Shown: positions 20,622-30,842 of the stretch, piece by piece
Position numbering within the stretch: the stretch's first letter is position 1
How the letters are laid out: every line of letters begins with the position of its first letter
From: Lentisphaerales bacterium
Lineage (GTDB): Bacteria; Verrucomicrobiota; Lentisphaeria; Lentisphaerales; Lentisphaeraceae
Direction: 5' to 3'
DNA length: 59,446 bases
Assembly (NCBI GenBank): GCA_022446985.1
Contig: JAKVBD010000028.1
Location: 1 to 59,446, forward strand
Position numbers and translations under genes: made by a program
The notes under the pieces: generated by a model
Seen by the model: the letters and a program-made list of their open reading frames with translations, nothing else
Told to the model about the DNA's origin: nothing
Databases searched by the model: none

Positions 20622-21513
20622 AGACTTCATGTGTTTATTGGATGTGACTAAAGATGAACTTCGCGAAACTTTAAATTTGGCTCACGAATATCGCGAAGAC
20701 CGTACTTTAAATTCGAACCATCTAAATGGTAAAACGATTGGTCTGATTTTTCAGCAAAACTCAACAAGAACGAGAGTTTCATTCGAGACTGGAGTTTGCC
20801 AACTGGGTGGCAACCCGATGTATATGGACCAAAATGGCTTGCAGGTTGGTCGTGGTGAAAGTTTTGAAGATACAGCAAAAGTTCTTAGCCGTTATATCGA
20901 AGGTATTGTAATCCGCGGCCATAAACATGAGGATATTAAAGCCTTTGCAGATGCGTGCACTATTCCAGTTATCAATGCTTTAACAGATACATTTCATCCT
21001 TGCCAGCTCTTAGCTGATATGCAGTTGATCGATAACCTCAAAGGCCGTCTCGAAGGTGTTAAGGTTGCGTTCATGGGCGATTGTGCTAGTAATATGGCTC
21101 TTTCATGGATTTATGCCGCTCATTTAACTGGTATGGAGTTGCGCCTTGGTGGTCCTGAAGATTTCATGCCTTCCAAAGAATTCTTAGAGAGTATTGGTAA
21201 TCCGGATAGTATTAAAATTTGTCCAGATGCCGCAAAAGCTGCTGAAGGCGCAGATTTTATTTACACTGATGTATGGATCAGCATGGGCTTTGAGGAAGAA
21301 GCGAAACAGAGAGCTAAGGTATTTACTCCTTATCAAGTTAATCAAGCTCTTCTCGATGTTGCTCAGGATGATGTCAAGGTTATGCATTGCCTTCCAGCTT
21401 ACAGAGAGAAGGAAATCACTGCTGACGTTCTTGAAGGTAAGCACTCTGTTGTCTGGGATCAGGCAGAAAACAGACTTCATGCTCAGAAAGCTATAATGAC
21501 TCTAAAGTTTTAA
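20614..21513 (+). CDS. argF: Ornithine carbamoyltransferase
   Basis: STRTRVSFE carbamoyl-phosphate-binding motif and HCLPA. 299 aa. Confidence 0.85.
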   Translation: MSKDFMCLLDVTKDELRETLNLAHEYREDRTLNSNHLNGKTIGLIFQQNSTRTRVSFETGVCQLGGNPMYMDQNGLQVGRGESFEDTAKVLSRYIEGIVIRGHKHEDIKAFADACTIPVINALTDTFHPCQLLADMQLIDNLKGRLEGVKVAFMGDCASNMALSWIYAAHLTGMELRLGGPEDFMPSKEFLESIGNPDSIKICPDAAKAAEGADFIYTDVWISMGFEEEAKQRAKVFTPYQVNQALLDVAQDDVKVMHCLPAYREKEITADVLEGKHSVVWDQAENRLHAQKAIMTLKF

Positions 21514-21548
21514 GTAGCAATTCAGTACAGATTTTAGTAGACTGTCCA

Positions 21549-21585
21549 GATTATTTTGAACAGTCTTTTTTATTTACAGGAATGC
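21549..21585 (+). terminator. Probable terminator after argF
   Basis: Imperfect stem GACTGT.../...ACAGTC followed by TTTTTTATTT. Confidence 0.45.
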
Positions 21586-21589
21586 TTAA

Positions 21590-22966
21590 ATGCCCCTAAA
21601 GAAAATACTTTGTATCGGAGCAGGTTACGTTGGTGGACCAACTATGGCAGTTATTGCTGCAAATTGCCCCGATTATGATGTTACCGTTGTTGATATAAAC
21701 AAAGCTCGTATTGCTGCATGGAATTCGAAAAGCTTACCAGTCTATGAGCCTGGCCTTCAAGAAATAGTCGAGAAACAGCGTGGCGAAAACCTGCATTTTT
21801 CTACCGATGTTGTCAGGGGTATAGAAGAATCAGATATTATTTTTGTTTGCGTCAATACGCCGACTAAAACTTTTGGTTTAGGCGCCGGGAAGGCTGCCGA
21901 TTTACAGTATTGTGAAAAGACGGCTCGCATGATTAAAGAGCATGCAACCAAGGACATGATTGTCGTTGAGAAAAGTACAGTGCCTGTCCGGACATCAAAA
22001 ATCATCAATGAAATACTGAGCCATGGAGACTCTCCGCATAAATTTGAAGTTATTTCAAATCCAGAGTTTTTGGCAGAAGGTACTGCAATTAAAGACCTCC
22101 AGAACCCTGATAGAATTTTAATTGGCGGGCGACCTTGTGCATCAGGCGAAGCTGCAGTTGCAGAAGTGTCGGCAATATACGAAAGCTGGGTGGCTAAAGA
22201 AAATATAATCACTACTGACGCTTGGTCGTCCGAATTATCGAAATTAACTGCCAACGCATTTTTGGCTCAAAGGGTGAGCTCGATAAATAGCATTGCTGCA
22301 GTTTGCGAGTCAACCGGGGCAGATGTAATTAAGATCTCCGAAGCAATTGGTGCCGATCCTCGAATTGGAGCAAAGTTTTTGAAAGCAGGACCAGGTTTTG
22401 GAGGCTCATGCTTTAAGAAGGATATCTTGAACCTAGTTTATCTTTGTGAAACTTTTGGCTTACCAGAGGTCGCTGAGTATTGGGGGCAGGTAATCAAGAT
22501 GAATGACTATACGCAAAATAGAGCAGTTAGCCGCATTTTGAAGTCCATGTTCAATACTGTAGCTGGCAAAAGGATTGCTGTTCTGGGTTTTGCTTTTAAG
22601 GCAGATACAGGTGATACAAGAGAGAGCCCGGCTATTCAGATTGTTGAATCATTAGCTGAAGAAAGAGCTGAGATTGTGATCTCTGATCCACAGGCTTTAG
22701 AAAATGCTCAGCAGGATTTGAAAGAAATTGAAAATGTATCTTTTACTGATGACCCTTATGAAGCCGTATTAGGAGCTCATGCCATTGTTATTGTCACTGA
22801 TTGGCAGGAGTATAAGGAACTTGATTATGGTAAAATTTATTCCTCAATGGAAAAACCGGCTCAGTTATTTGATTTGCGTAATATTTTGTCTTCTGATGAA
22901 CTGTATGAGATAGGTTTTAATGTTCATTTAGTTGGAAAGAAATCCAAAGTTCATAAAGGTTCATAA
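21590..22966 (+). CDS. ugd: UDP-glucose 6-dehydrogenase (long, eukaryote-like form)
   Basis: N-terminal GAGYVGGPT Rossmann, catalytic region GFGGSCFKKD, C-terminal GFAFKADTGDTRESPA. Confidence 0.8.
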   Translation: MPLKKILCIGAGYVGGPTMAVIAANCPDYDVTVVDINKARIAAWNSKSLPVYEPGLQEIVEKQRGENLHFSTDVVRGIEESDIIFVCVNTPTKTFGLGAGKAADLQYCEKTARMIKEHATKDMIVVEKSTVPVRTSKIINEILSHGDSPHKFEVISNPEFLAEGTAIKDLQNPDRILIGGRPCASGEAAVAEVSAIYESWVAKENIITTDAWSSELSKLTANAFLAQRVSSINSIAAVCESTGADVIKISEAIGADPRIGAKFLKAGPGFGGSCFKKDILNLVYLCETFGLPEVAEYWGQVIKMNDYTQNRAVSRILKSMFNTVAGKRIAVLGFAFKADTGDTRESPAIQIVESLAEERAEIVISDPQALENAQQDLKEIENVSFTDDPYEAVLGAHAIVIVTDWQEYKELDYGKIYSSMEKPAQLFDLRNILSSDELYEIGFNVHLVGKKSKVHKGS

Positions 22967-24240
22967 TGAATTTAGAAAACCTTAAGATTGCCGTAATTGG
23001 TTTGGGGTATGTCGGTTTGCCACTGGCAGTCGAGTTCGGTAAAAAATATCCAACCATTGGTTTCGATGTAAAAGAAGATCGAATTTCAGAGCTCAAAAAT
23101 GGCAAAGATAATACCTTAGAAGTTTCAGATGAAGAATTAGCTTTTGCTAAATCTTTAAAGTTTACAACATCATCTTCTGAATTAGCAGACAGCAATTTTT
23201 ATGTAGTCACTGTTCCAACACCGATTGATGCCAATAAACGACCTGAGCTAACTCCCTTGGAAAAGGCAAGTAAAGCTGTTGGATCTTTACTGAAGAAAGG
23301 TGACATAGTTGTTTATGAATCCACAGTTTACCCCGGAGTTACCGAAGAAGTATGTTTACCAATTCTTGAAGAGAAGTCAGGACTTAAATTTAATGAAGAC
23401 TTCTATTTAGGGTATTCTCCTGAAAGGATTAATCCAGGTGATAAAAAGCACCAACTTGTCGATATTCTCAAAGTAACATCGGGCTCAACACCTGAAATGG
23501 CTCGATTTATCGATGCAGTTTACGGAAGTATCATCAAAGCGGGAACCTATAAAGCAGAATCGATTAAAGTTGCAGAAGCTGCAAAGGTTATTGAAAATAC
23601 TCAACGCGATCTGAATATTGCTTTGATAAATGAACTTTCGCTCATTTTTGATAAGGTAGGAATCGATACAGAACATGTACTTAAGGCTGCCGGGACTAAG
23701 TGGAATTTTCTGAATTTCAGACCAGGCCTGGTTGGAGGCCACTGTATTGGAGTGGACCCTTACTACTTAACTCACAAAGCCCAGGAACTTGGGTATACCC
23801 CAGAAGTTATTCTTGCAGGGCGCCGTATAAATGACAATATGGGGACTCACGTTGCCGCTAATCTTGTAAAGCTTTTGAGTAAGCGTGGATTGAATCCGGG
23901 AAAGGCAAAGATTTTGGTTATGGGATTAACATTCAAAGAGAATTGCCCGGACCTGCGGAATACTAAAGTGATGGATATTGTCTCAGAATTGGTTGACTAT
24001 GGTGCTACATTAGATGTTTATGATCCATGGGTTGATCAAGAAGAGGCTATTGCAGCCTACGGACTTGAGGTTTCTTCTGAAATACCATCAGAAAACTATG
24101 ATGCAGTTCTAGTTTGTGTGGCTCATAGTGCATTTAAAGAAATGTCGGTAAGTGACATTCGTCAGAAATGTAAGCCGGATGCTGTTATTTATGACTTAAA
24201 GTATGTTTACCCGGAAGCGGAAGTCGACGCTCGTCTTTAA
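22966..24240 (+). CDS. Nucleotide-sugar dehydrogenase of the UDP-N-acetylhexosamine dehydrogenase type (WbpA/TviB/Cap5O-like)
   Basis: VIGLGYVGLPLAVEFGKK N-terminus. GGHCIGVDPYY catalytic Cys. Translationally coupled to ugd. Confidence 0.7.
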   Translation: MNLENLKIAVIGLGYVGLPLAVEFGKKYPTIGFDVKEDRISELKNGKDNTLEVSDEELAFAKSLKFTTSSSELADSNFYVVTVPTPIDANKRPELTPLEKASKAVGSLLKKGDIVVYESTVYPGVTEEVCLPILEEKSGLKFNEDFYLGYSPERINPGDKKHQLVDILKVTSGSTPEMARFIDAVYGSIIKAGTYKAESIKVAEAAKVIENTQRDLNIALINELSLIFDKVGIDTEHVLKAAGTKWNFLNFRPGLVGGHCIGVDPYYLTHKAQELGYTPEVILAGRRINDNMGTHVAANLVKLLSKRGLNPGKAKILVMGLTFKENCPDLRNTKVMDIVSELVDYGATLDVYDPWVDQEEAIAAYGLEVSSEIPSENYDAVLVCVAHSAFKEMSVSDIRQKCKPDAVIYDLKYVYPEAEVDARL

Positions 24241-24409
24241 GGATTCCTTTTGGCCCTTCTCAAATCGATAAAATCGCTCTAATTCCACTGTAATTTTTCT
24301 TATAAAGTGTTACTGGTTAGGGCTCATTATGTATTTTAATGAGCCGCAGCTTCAGGTTATGACTAAAGTGCTGCAACAGAAAGATTAGAGATTTTATATT
24401 TAAGATTGG

Positions 24410-25324
24410 TTGATTATGGATGATCATAGAATGACTCACCTCAAAGAACTTGAGGCAGAGAGTATACATATAATTAGAGAAGTTGCTGCGGAGTTTAACA
24501 ACCCGGTGATGCTTTACTCTGTGGGTAAAGATTCAGCAGTTATGCTTCACTTAGCCATGAAGGCTTTTTATCCTGGCAAACCGCCATTTCCACTCATGCA
24601 CGTAGACACGAAGTGGAAATTTAAAGAGATGATTGAGTTTAGAGACAATCATGTTGCTAACCTTGGTCTAGACTTGCTTGTTTATAGTAATCCAGAAGGT
24701 ATTGCTAAAAACATCAACCCATTTGACCACGGCAGTCAGGTTCACACAGACGTTATGAAGACTCAAGGTCTTAAGCAGGCTTTGGATAAATATGGCTTTG
24801 ACGCTGCATTTGGTGGTGCACGTCGTGATGAAGAGAAATCTCGCGCTAAAGAGCGTGTTTACTCATTCCGTGATAAAAATCACCGTTGGGATCCTAAAAA
24901 CCAGCGTCCAGAACTTTGGAATATTTACAATGGTAAAGTGAATAAAGGCGAAAGTATTCGCGTATTCCCTCTATCTAACTGGACTGAGCTCGATATCTGG
25001 CAATACATATATCTTGAGGATATTCCAATTGTACCACTTTACTTTGCTGCAAAGCGTCCGGTTGTGAACCGTGACGGTGTTGACATCATGGTTGATGATG
25101 ACCGTATGAAAATCGAAGAAGGCGAAGTTATCGAAGAGAAAATGGTTCGTTTCAGAACTCTTGGCTGTTACCCGCTAACGGGTGCTGTTGAGTCTACAGC
25201 GGCTACTCTTCCTGAGATTATTCAAGAAATGCTTCTTACCAAGACATCTGAGAGACAGGGTCGTGTTATTGACCAGGATCAGGCCGGTTCTATGGAGAAG
25301 AAAAAGAGAGAGGGGTATTTCTAA
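24410..25324 (+). CDS. cysD: Sulfate adenylyltransferase subunit 2
   Basis: PAPS-reductase-like fold with the [15 protein letters not shown] motif. 304 aa. Confidence 0.85.
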   Translation: MIMDDHRMTHLKELEAESIHIIREVAAEFNNPVMLYSVGKDSAVMLHLAMKAFYPGKPPFPLMHVDTKWKFKEMIEFRDNHVANLGLDLLVYSNPEGIAKNINPFDHGSQVHTDVMKTQGLKQALDKYGFDAAFGGARRDEEKSRAKERVYSFRDKNHRWDPKNQRPELWNIYNGKVNKGESIRVFPLSNWTELDIWQYIYLEDIPIVPLYFAAKRPVVNRDGVDIMVDDDRMKIEEGEVIEEKMVRFRTLGCYPLTGAVESTAATLPEIIQEMLLTKTSERQGRVIDQDQAGSMEKKKREGYF

Positions 25325-26745
25325 TGTCACACCAGTCAGAACTTATTGAAAAAGACATTTTAGGCTACCTTAAAGAGCACGAGAACAAAGAGCTTCTTCG
25401 TTTTCTTACTTGTGGTAGTGTTGACGACGGTAAATCGACTCTTATCGGTCGTCTTTTGCACGACTCAAAATTGATCTATGAAGATCAGTTGAGCTCAATC
25501 AAGAAAGACTCTAAGCGTTACAATACGACAGACGAAGAGTTTGACCTGGCCCTGCTTGTAGGTGGTCTTGAAGACGAACGTCAGCAAGGAATTACTATTG
25601 ACGTAGCTTACCGTTACTTCTCAACTTCTAAGAGAAAGTTTATCATCGCGGATACTCCGGGACACGAGCAGTATACGAGAAATATGGCAACTGGTGCTTC
25701 TAACTGTCAGTTAGCGATTATTCTTCTTGATGCCCGTAAAGGGGTATTGCCACAGACTAAGCGTCACAGTTTTATTGCCCACCTGCTAGGGATCAAGCAC
25801 ATCGTTGTTGCTATTAATAAAATGGACCTTGTTGACTTTAGTGAAGAAGTCTTTAATGAGACATGTGCAGCTTACACTGAGTTAGCGAAAACTATCGGCA
25901 TCAAAGAAATGCACTTCCTACCGCTATCAGCTCTTAAAGGTGATAACGTTGTAGATCGCAGCTCAAGAACAGACTGGTATGAAGGCCCAACTCTTATGGA
26001 ACTTCTAAATACTGTTGAGTTAACTCACGACCGTAATTATGAAAACTTCCGTCTTCCTATTCAGTGCGTTGTTCGTCCAAACCTCGATTTCCGTGGTTTC
26101 TGTGGAACAATTGCCGGCGGTGAAGTGAAAGTTGGCGATGACATCGTAACTCTTCCTTCCGGTAAGGAAAGTAAAGTTAAGAGCATAGTTACATATGACG
26201 GTGAGCTTGAAGGAGCATGCGCAGGTATGGCTGTAACTTTGACTCTTGAAGACGAAATCGACAGTAGCCGTGGTGACCTTATTGTTAAGAAGGGTGATGA
26301 AGCTAAATCAACTGATTCTTTAGCGGCTCACATCGTTTGGATGCATGAAGAGAAGTTTGAAACTGGTCGTCTGTACGATTTTAAATTTGCTTCAAATAGC
26401 GCAAGTGGTCAATTAGTCAATGTTGACTACAAATACGACATAAATACTCTTGAAAAAATTGAAACAGATCACTTTGAGTTGAATGAAATCGGTCTTTGTC
26501 AGATTGACTTGACAGACAAAGTTTCCATTGACCCTTACTCACTTGTTGGTGGTACAGGCTCATTTATCGTTATTGACCGTATGTCAAATGTCACTATCGG
26601 TGCAGGTATCGTTTCTAAAGCTTTGGATTCAACAGCAACTGAAGGTGCAGGTAAATACTCTGCCTTTGAGATCGAGTTGAATGGCTTAGTTAGAAAGCAT
26701 TTTCCTGAATGGGAGTGTAAAGATATCTCAGAGATCTTAAAGTAA
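25324..26745 (+). CDS. cysN: Sulfate adenylyltransferase subunit 1 (GTPase), no fused APS-kinase domain
   Basis: G1 GSVDDGKSTLIGRLL, G3 DTPGHEQY, NKMDL. 473 aa. Confidence 0.85.
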   Translation: MSHQSELIEKDILGYLKEHENKELLRFLTCGSVDDGKSTLIGRLLHDSKLIYEDQLSSIKKDSKRYNTTDEEFDLALLVGGLEDERQQGITIDVAYRYFSTSKRKFIIADTPGHEQYTRNMATGASNCQLAIILLDARKGVLPQTKRHSFIAHLLGIKHIVVAINKMDLVDFSEEVFNETCAAYTELAKTIGIKEMHFLPLSALKGDNVVDRSSRTDWYEGPTLMELLNTVELTHDRNYENFRLPIQCVVRPNLDFRGFCGTIAGGEVKVGDDIVTLPSGKESKVKSIVTYDGELEGACAGMAVTLTLEDEIDSSRGDLIVKKGDEAKSTDSLAAHIVWMHEEKFETGRLYDFKFASNSASGQLVNVDYKYDINTLEKIETDHFELNEIGLCQIDLTDKVSIDPYSLVGGTGSFIVIDRMSNVTIGAGIVSKALDSTATEGAGKYSAFEIELNGLVRKHFPEWECKDISEILK

Positions 26746-26760
26746 AGATCTTCTCATTCT

Positions 26761-26800
26761 TTCTGTAGGTCGCAGCGATTTTTTCGTTGCGGCCTTTTTT
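26761..26800 (+). terminator. Probable terminator after cysN
   Basis: Imperfect GC stem (GTCGCAGCG/CGTTGCGGC) followed by CTTTTTTG. Confidence 0.4.
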
Positions 26801-26914
26801 GTATGAAATTACGAATGTCATAAATTAATACTGGTTTTAGCTCCGAAATTCGTGTAAATTATCTATAGGGTTTATCGAATTTGATTCCTGTCCATGGAAT
26901 TTTAAGGAGGAAGT

Positions 26915-28303
26915 ATGAAAGATCTTGTCGCCGCAAAGTTGAGCAAGGATCCACGCATTGCTCAAGCCAAAAGCCTTATTCAGGCAGCTCTCCAGGCTGC
27001 CAAAAAAGAAATTACCGAAGTGACTCCACCTCAGGGAGAACGTCAGCTTTATTTTATAGATTTAACTTCCCGTTGCAGTGAAGCTCGTGGAGGGAACATT
27101 TACTATCCTTATCTGGGCTCAGGCATTGGTAATGGTTCTCTTGTAGAATTGGAAGACGGCAGTGTGAAATACGACTTTATTACAGGTATTGGGGTTCATT
27201 ACTTTGGACATTCAAATGAAGATATTGTCATGTCGTCCATCGATGCTGCCATTCAGGATACAGTCATGCAGGGGCACTTACAGCAAAATGCCGATCAGAT
27301 GCATTTGATGGAGTCATTTCTCGATCTGGCTCGCAAAAATGGTGCTCAATTAGATCATTGTTTTCTTACATCAACTGGTGCGACCGCTAATGAAAATGCT
27401 ATGAAGATTATTTTTCAGAAAAATTTCCCTGCAAATAGAATGCTGGCATTTCGAAAATGCTTTGCTGGAAGAACTATGGCCTTAGCGCAAATGACTGATA
27501 AGGCTCTGTACAGAGATGGATTACCGCAGTCACTTAATGTTGATTATCTACCGTTCTATAATGAAAATGATCATGAAGGAAGCATTAGAAGAGCTTTGAA
27601 AATTTTGCGAAAACATATCGAAAGGTTTCCAGGTCTTCATGCTGGGATGTGTATGGAGCTTGTGCAAGGTGAGGGCGGTTATTTCCCCGGTAATACTGAG
27701 TTCTTTAAAGCCATCATTGAAGTTCTAAAAGAAAATAACATTGCAGTATGGTTTGATGAGGTTCAAACATTTGGTCGGACAACAGAACCATTTGCTTTCC
27801 AGCATTTTGGTTTAGATGATTTGGTCGACGTTGTAACAGTGGGCAAAATGAGTCAGGTCTGTTCAACAATTTATCGAGATCATTTTAAACCAAGACCAGG
27901 GCTGGTTAGCCAAACCTTTACTTCAAGTACTGCTGCCATTCGAGCCGCTCAAGTCGTGCTTGATAATTTAAAGTGTAAGGGGCTATGTGGCGGTGATGGC
28001 AAGATTATGAAGATGCATAGCAGTTTTGTGACAAATCTTAAGAATCTTGCTACAGTTTTTCCTGGACAGTTCACAGGCCCTTACGGATTAGGAGCAATGG
28101 TTGCCTTTACGGTGTTTGATGGCGACCTTGAGAAGACCAAGAGCTCTGCAAATAAACTTTTTGAAAATGGAGTGATTTCGTTTATTGCCGGCAAGAATCC
28201 TACTCGAATCCGTTTCCTAATGCCGGTTATGGCGGTTGAAGAGAATGACATTGATGAAGTATGCAAAATTATTTCCAGGACTATGACTGAATGTAAAGGA
28301 TGA
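26915..28303 (+). CDS. Class III PLP-dependent aminotransferase, divergent; likely the transaminase of the downstream astA-astD pathway
   Basis: FDEVQTFGRTTEPFAFQHFG and VTVGKMSQV (PLP-Lys region). RBS AAGGAGG 7 nt upstream. Not closely ArgD/AstC-like by eye. Confidence 0.6.
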   Translation: MKDLVAAKLSKDPRIAQAKSLIQAALQAAKKEITEVTPPQGERQLYFIDLTSRCSEARGGNIYYPYLGSGIGNGSLVELEDGSVKYDFITGIGVHYFGHSNEDIVMSSIDAAIQDTVMQGHLQQNADQMHLMESFLDLARKNGAQLDHCFLTSTGATANENAMKIIFQKNFPANRMLAFRKCFAGRTMALAQMTDKALYRDGLPQSLNVDYLPFYNENDHEGSIRRALKILRKHIERFPGLHAGMCMELVQGEGGYFPGNTEFFKAIIEVLKENNIAVWFDEVQTFGRTTEPFAFQHFGLDDLVDVVTVGKMSQVCSTIYRDHFKPRPGLVSQTFTSSTAAIRAAQVVLDNLKCKGLCGGDGKIMKMHSSFVTNLKNLATVFPGQFTGPYGLGAMVAFTVFDGDLEKTKSSANKLFENGVISFIAGKNPTRIRFLMPVMAVEENDIDEVCKIISRTMTECKG

Positions 28304-29385
28304 GAAATATGTTTGTGTTGCGACCAGTCAAAGAAGACGATCTTGAAGGAGTTTATCAATTGGCCCTTAAGACCGGTGGTGGCCTAACGACCCTGCCGCC
28401 AGATAAAGAAAAGCTTCATGAAAAAATCCGCGAGTCAGTCAAAAACTTCCATTTTCTCCCAAGTAAGCCCAGTGGTGAAACTTATTTCTTTGTATTAGAG
28501 GATACTGAATCAAAAAATATCCTTGGTACTTCCGCAGTCTATTCAAAAGTTGGTGGTTTTCAGCCTTTCTGGACATACGAAATCAAGAGAGTCCAAAAAA
28601 TATCGAAGCTCCTGAATGTAAATAAAGAGGTGAAGTACCTGCAGGTTAAGATGGAGCATAATGGGCCAAGTGAAGTTGGGACTTTATTCCTTGATCCTGA
28701 TTTTCGGCATGGATCAAACGGACGCTTGCTTTCTTTGAGTAGATTTCTCTTTGTCGCAGAGTACCGCCAACTTTTTGAGGGAAGTATCGTGGCAGAACTC
28801 AGGGGGCGGATTGATCCTCAAGGAGAATCAGTTTTTTGGGATTGTCTAGGAGCGCACTTCTTTGATGTGCCTTTTGAAAAAGCTGATCTTATGGTGAATG
28901 AAGATAAGTCTTTTATTGACGAACTTATGCCCAAGCATCCCATTTATATTTCTTTATTGCCTAAGGAAGCACAAGTTGTGATTGGTATGGTTCATGATGA
29001 CTCAAGGCCAGCAATGCGATTATTAGAGCAGGAAGGTTTCAAGCAGATTGATGAAGTAGATATCTTTGAGGCCGGACCCATTGTAGAGGCACAATTAGAT
29101 GATATACGAACTATCAATGAAAGTATTCGGACAGCGTGTGCTAAAGGAAAGCCCGAATCGGTAGAGCAAAGTGGCTGGGGGCAAATAGAAAATTCTAATG
29201 ACACCCTGCGTTATTACTTGGTGGCAAATGTGAAATCTGCTCAGGATTTTCGAGTGACGGTCTCAGAAGTAGCTCTTGATCAAAGTGGTAGCCTGTCTTT
29301 ACCTAAAGATACGGTAGAAGCCCTACAGTTATCACCTGGAGATCCAGTGCGTTATGTTGCTGTTAGAGGAGAGAGAAAGCTATGA
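28300..29385 (+). CDS. astA: Arginine/ornithine N-succinyltransferase
   Basis: The N-terminus MFVLRPVKEDDLEGVYQLALKTGGGLTTLP closely parallels E. coli AstA ([30 protein letters not shown]). LFLDPDFR and ELMPKHPIY are also conserved. Confidence 0.8.
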   Translation: MRNMFVLRPVKEDDLEGVYQLALKTGGGLTTLPPDKEKLHEKIRESVKNFHFLPSKPSGETYFFVLEDTESKNILGTSAVYSKVGGFQPFWTYEIKRVQKISKLLNVNKEVKYLQVKMEHNGPSEVGTLFLDPDFRHGSNGRLLSLSRFLFVAEYRQLFEGSIVAELRGRIDPQGESVFWDCLGAHFFDVPFEKADLMVNEDKSFIDELMPKHPIYISLLPKEAQVVIGMVHDDSRPAMRLLEQEGFKQIDEVDIFEAGPIVEAQLDDIRTINESIRTACAKGKPESVEQSGWGQIENSNDTLRYYLVANVKSAQDFRVTVSEVALDQSGSLSLPKDTVEALQLSPGDPVRYVAVRGERKL

Positions 29386-30833
29386 AAAGTCTATATGTAA
29401 ATGGCGAGTGGTTTGATGGTCATGGAGAAAAATTCTCTTCGGTAAACCCTGCGGATGGATCTGAGCTTTGGCATGGCAGTTTTGCTGATTTACATCAGGT
29501 GGAGTGCGCCATCACAATTGCTAAAGAAACTTTTTTAAGTTGGTCTAAAACAAGTTTTGAAGAACGGCTAGGTATTTTAGAGAAATACCGATCATTGCTA
29601 GAAAGAGACAAAGAGTCTTATGCGAAGTTAATTTCTGATGAAACGGGAAAGCCGGTTTGGGAGAGCTTGACCGAAGTCGGAGCTATGGTGGGGAAGTTAA
29701 ACCATTGTATAAACTCCTACAAAGAGCGTTGCTCTTGTAAGTCAGTAGAAATTGCCGGGGCACAATCAACTCTGAGATTTAAGGCGATTGGGGTCATGGT
29801 TGTTTTTGGACCGTTTAATCTTCCTGGTCATTTGCCGAATGGACATATTTTACCAGCGTTACTGGCGGGTAATACGATCGTATTTAAACCATCTGAGCAG
29901 ACCCCAGTCTCAGGAATTAAATTGGTTCAACTTTTGGAGGAAGCCGGTTTGCCTGCCGGTGTTATGAATTTAGTACAAGGAAGTGACGAAGTTGGCAAAG
30001 CGCTTTGCTCAAGTGAAAATATAAATGGTGTATTATTTACCGGAAGTTATAAAGTTGGTAAATTGATTCATCAAAGTTTAGCCGGTCGTCCAGAAATTAT
30101 ATTAGCTTTGGAAATGGGTGGTAATAATCCACTTATTGTCTGGGATGCCCAAGACACTCGTGCAGCAGCTTATCTGACTATTCAGTCTGCCTTTATTACT
30201 TCTGGCCAGCGCTGTGTTTGTGCCCGTAGATTGATTATTCCTGATAATGAATATGGCGAGCTTTTTTTACAAGAGCTAGTTGCTATGACGAAAAACATAG
30301 TAGTGTCTTCTCCCCAAAGTGATCCCGAACCATTTATCGGTCCTGTTATTTCAATAACATCAGCGAATGCAGTAATGGAAGCTCAACGCTCATTGCTGTC
30401 CCAAGGTGCGAAGCTTTACTTAGAATGCACGCAAGATGAAGCTTATGTGACCCCCGGTATCCTCGATGTGACCGGCATGAAGTTAGTGGATGAAGAAATA
30501 TTTGGTCCATTGCTTCAGGTCATCCGGGTTACTGGTTTTGATGATGCTATTTCGCAGAGTAATAACACAAAGTTTGGTTTATCCGCTGGATTAGTTAGTG
30601 ATCATGAAAAACTTTACGAACAGTTCATAAGTACTTCAAAAGCAGGGATTGTTAATTGGAATCGACAAATAACCGGAGCTGTTTCTTTTAATCCATTTGG
30701 AGGTAGTGGGTACAGCGGGAATTTCAGGCCAAGTGCTTATTTTGCGGCAGACTATTGTGCTTATCCTGTAGCATCAATCGAAAAAGAAAAGGTTGAGATC
30801 CCGCAGACAACTCCACCAGGTTTAGGTTTGTAG
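29382..30833 (+). CDS. astD: Succinylglutamate-semialdehyde dehydrogenase (aldehyde dehydrogenase family)
   Basis: N-terminus LYVNGEWFDGHG...VNPADGSELW parallels AstD. ALDH catalytic Cys in ITSGQRCVCARR and Glu in ALEMGGNNP. Confidence 0.75.
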   Translation: MKSLYVNGEWFDGHGEKFSSVNPADGSELWHGSFADLHQVECAITIAKETFLSWSKTSFEERLGILEKYRSLLERDKESYAKLISDETGKPVWESLTEVGAMVGKLNHCINSYKERCSCKSVEIAGAQSTLRFKAIGVMVVFGPFNLPGHLPNGHILPALLAGNTIVFKPSEQTPVSGIKLVQLLEEAGLPAGVMNLVQGSDEVGKALCSSENINGVLFTGSYKVGKLIHQSLAGRPEIILALEMGGNNPLIVWDAQDTRAAAYLTIQSAFITSGQRCVCARRLIIPDNEYGELFLQELVAMTKNIVVSSPQSDPEPFIGPVISITSANAVMEAQRSLLSQGAKLYLECTQDEAYVTPGILDVTGMKLVDEEIFGPLLQVIRVTGFDDAISQSNNTKFGLSAGLVSDHEKLYEQFISTSKAGIVNWNRQITGAVSFNPFGGSGYSGNFRPSAYFAADYCAYPVASIEKEKVEIPQTTPPGLGL

Positions 30834-30842
30834 GAGATTGAG

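Noticed and set aside
26881-27081. 66-aa ORF overlapping the start of the aminotransferase gene
   Set aside because: Out-of-frame overlap with a well-supported gene that has a strong RBS. Composition looks random.
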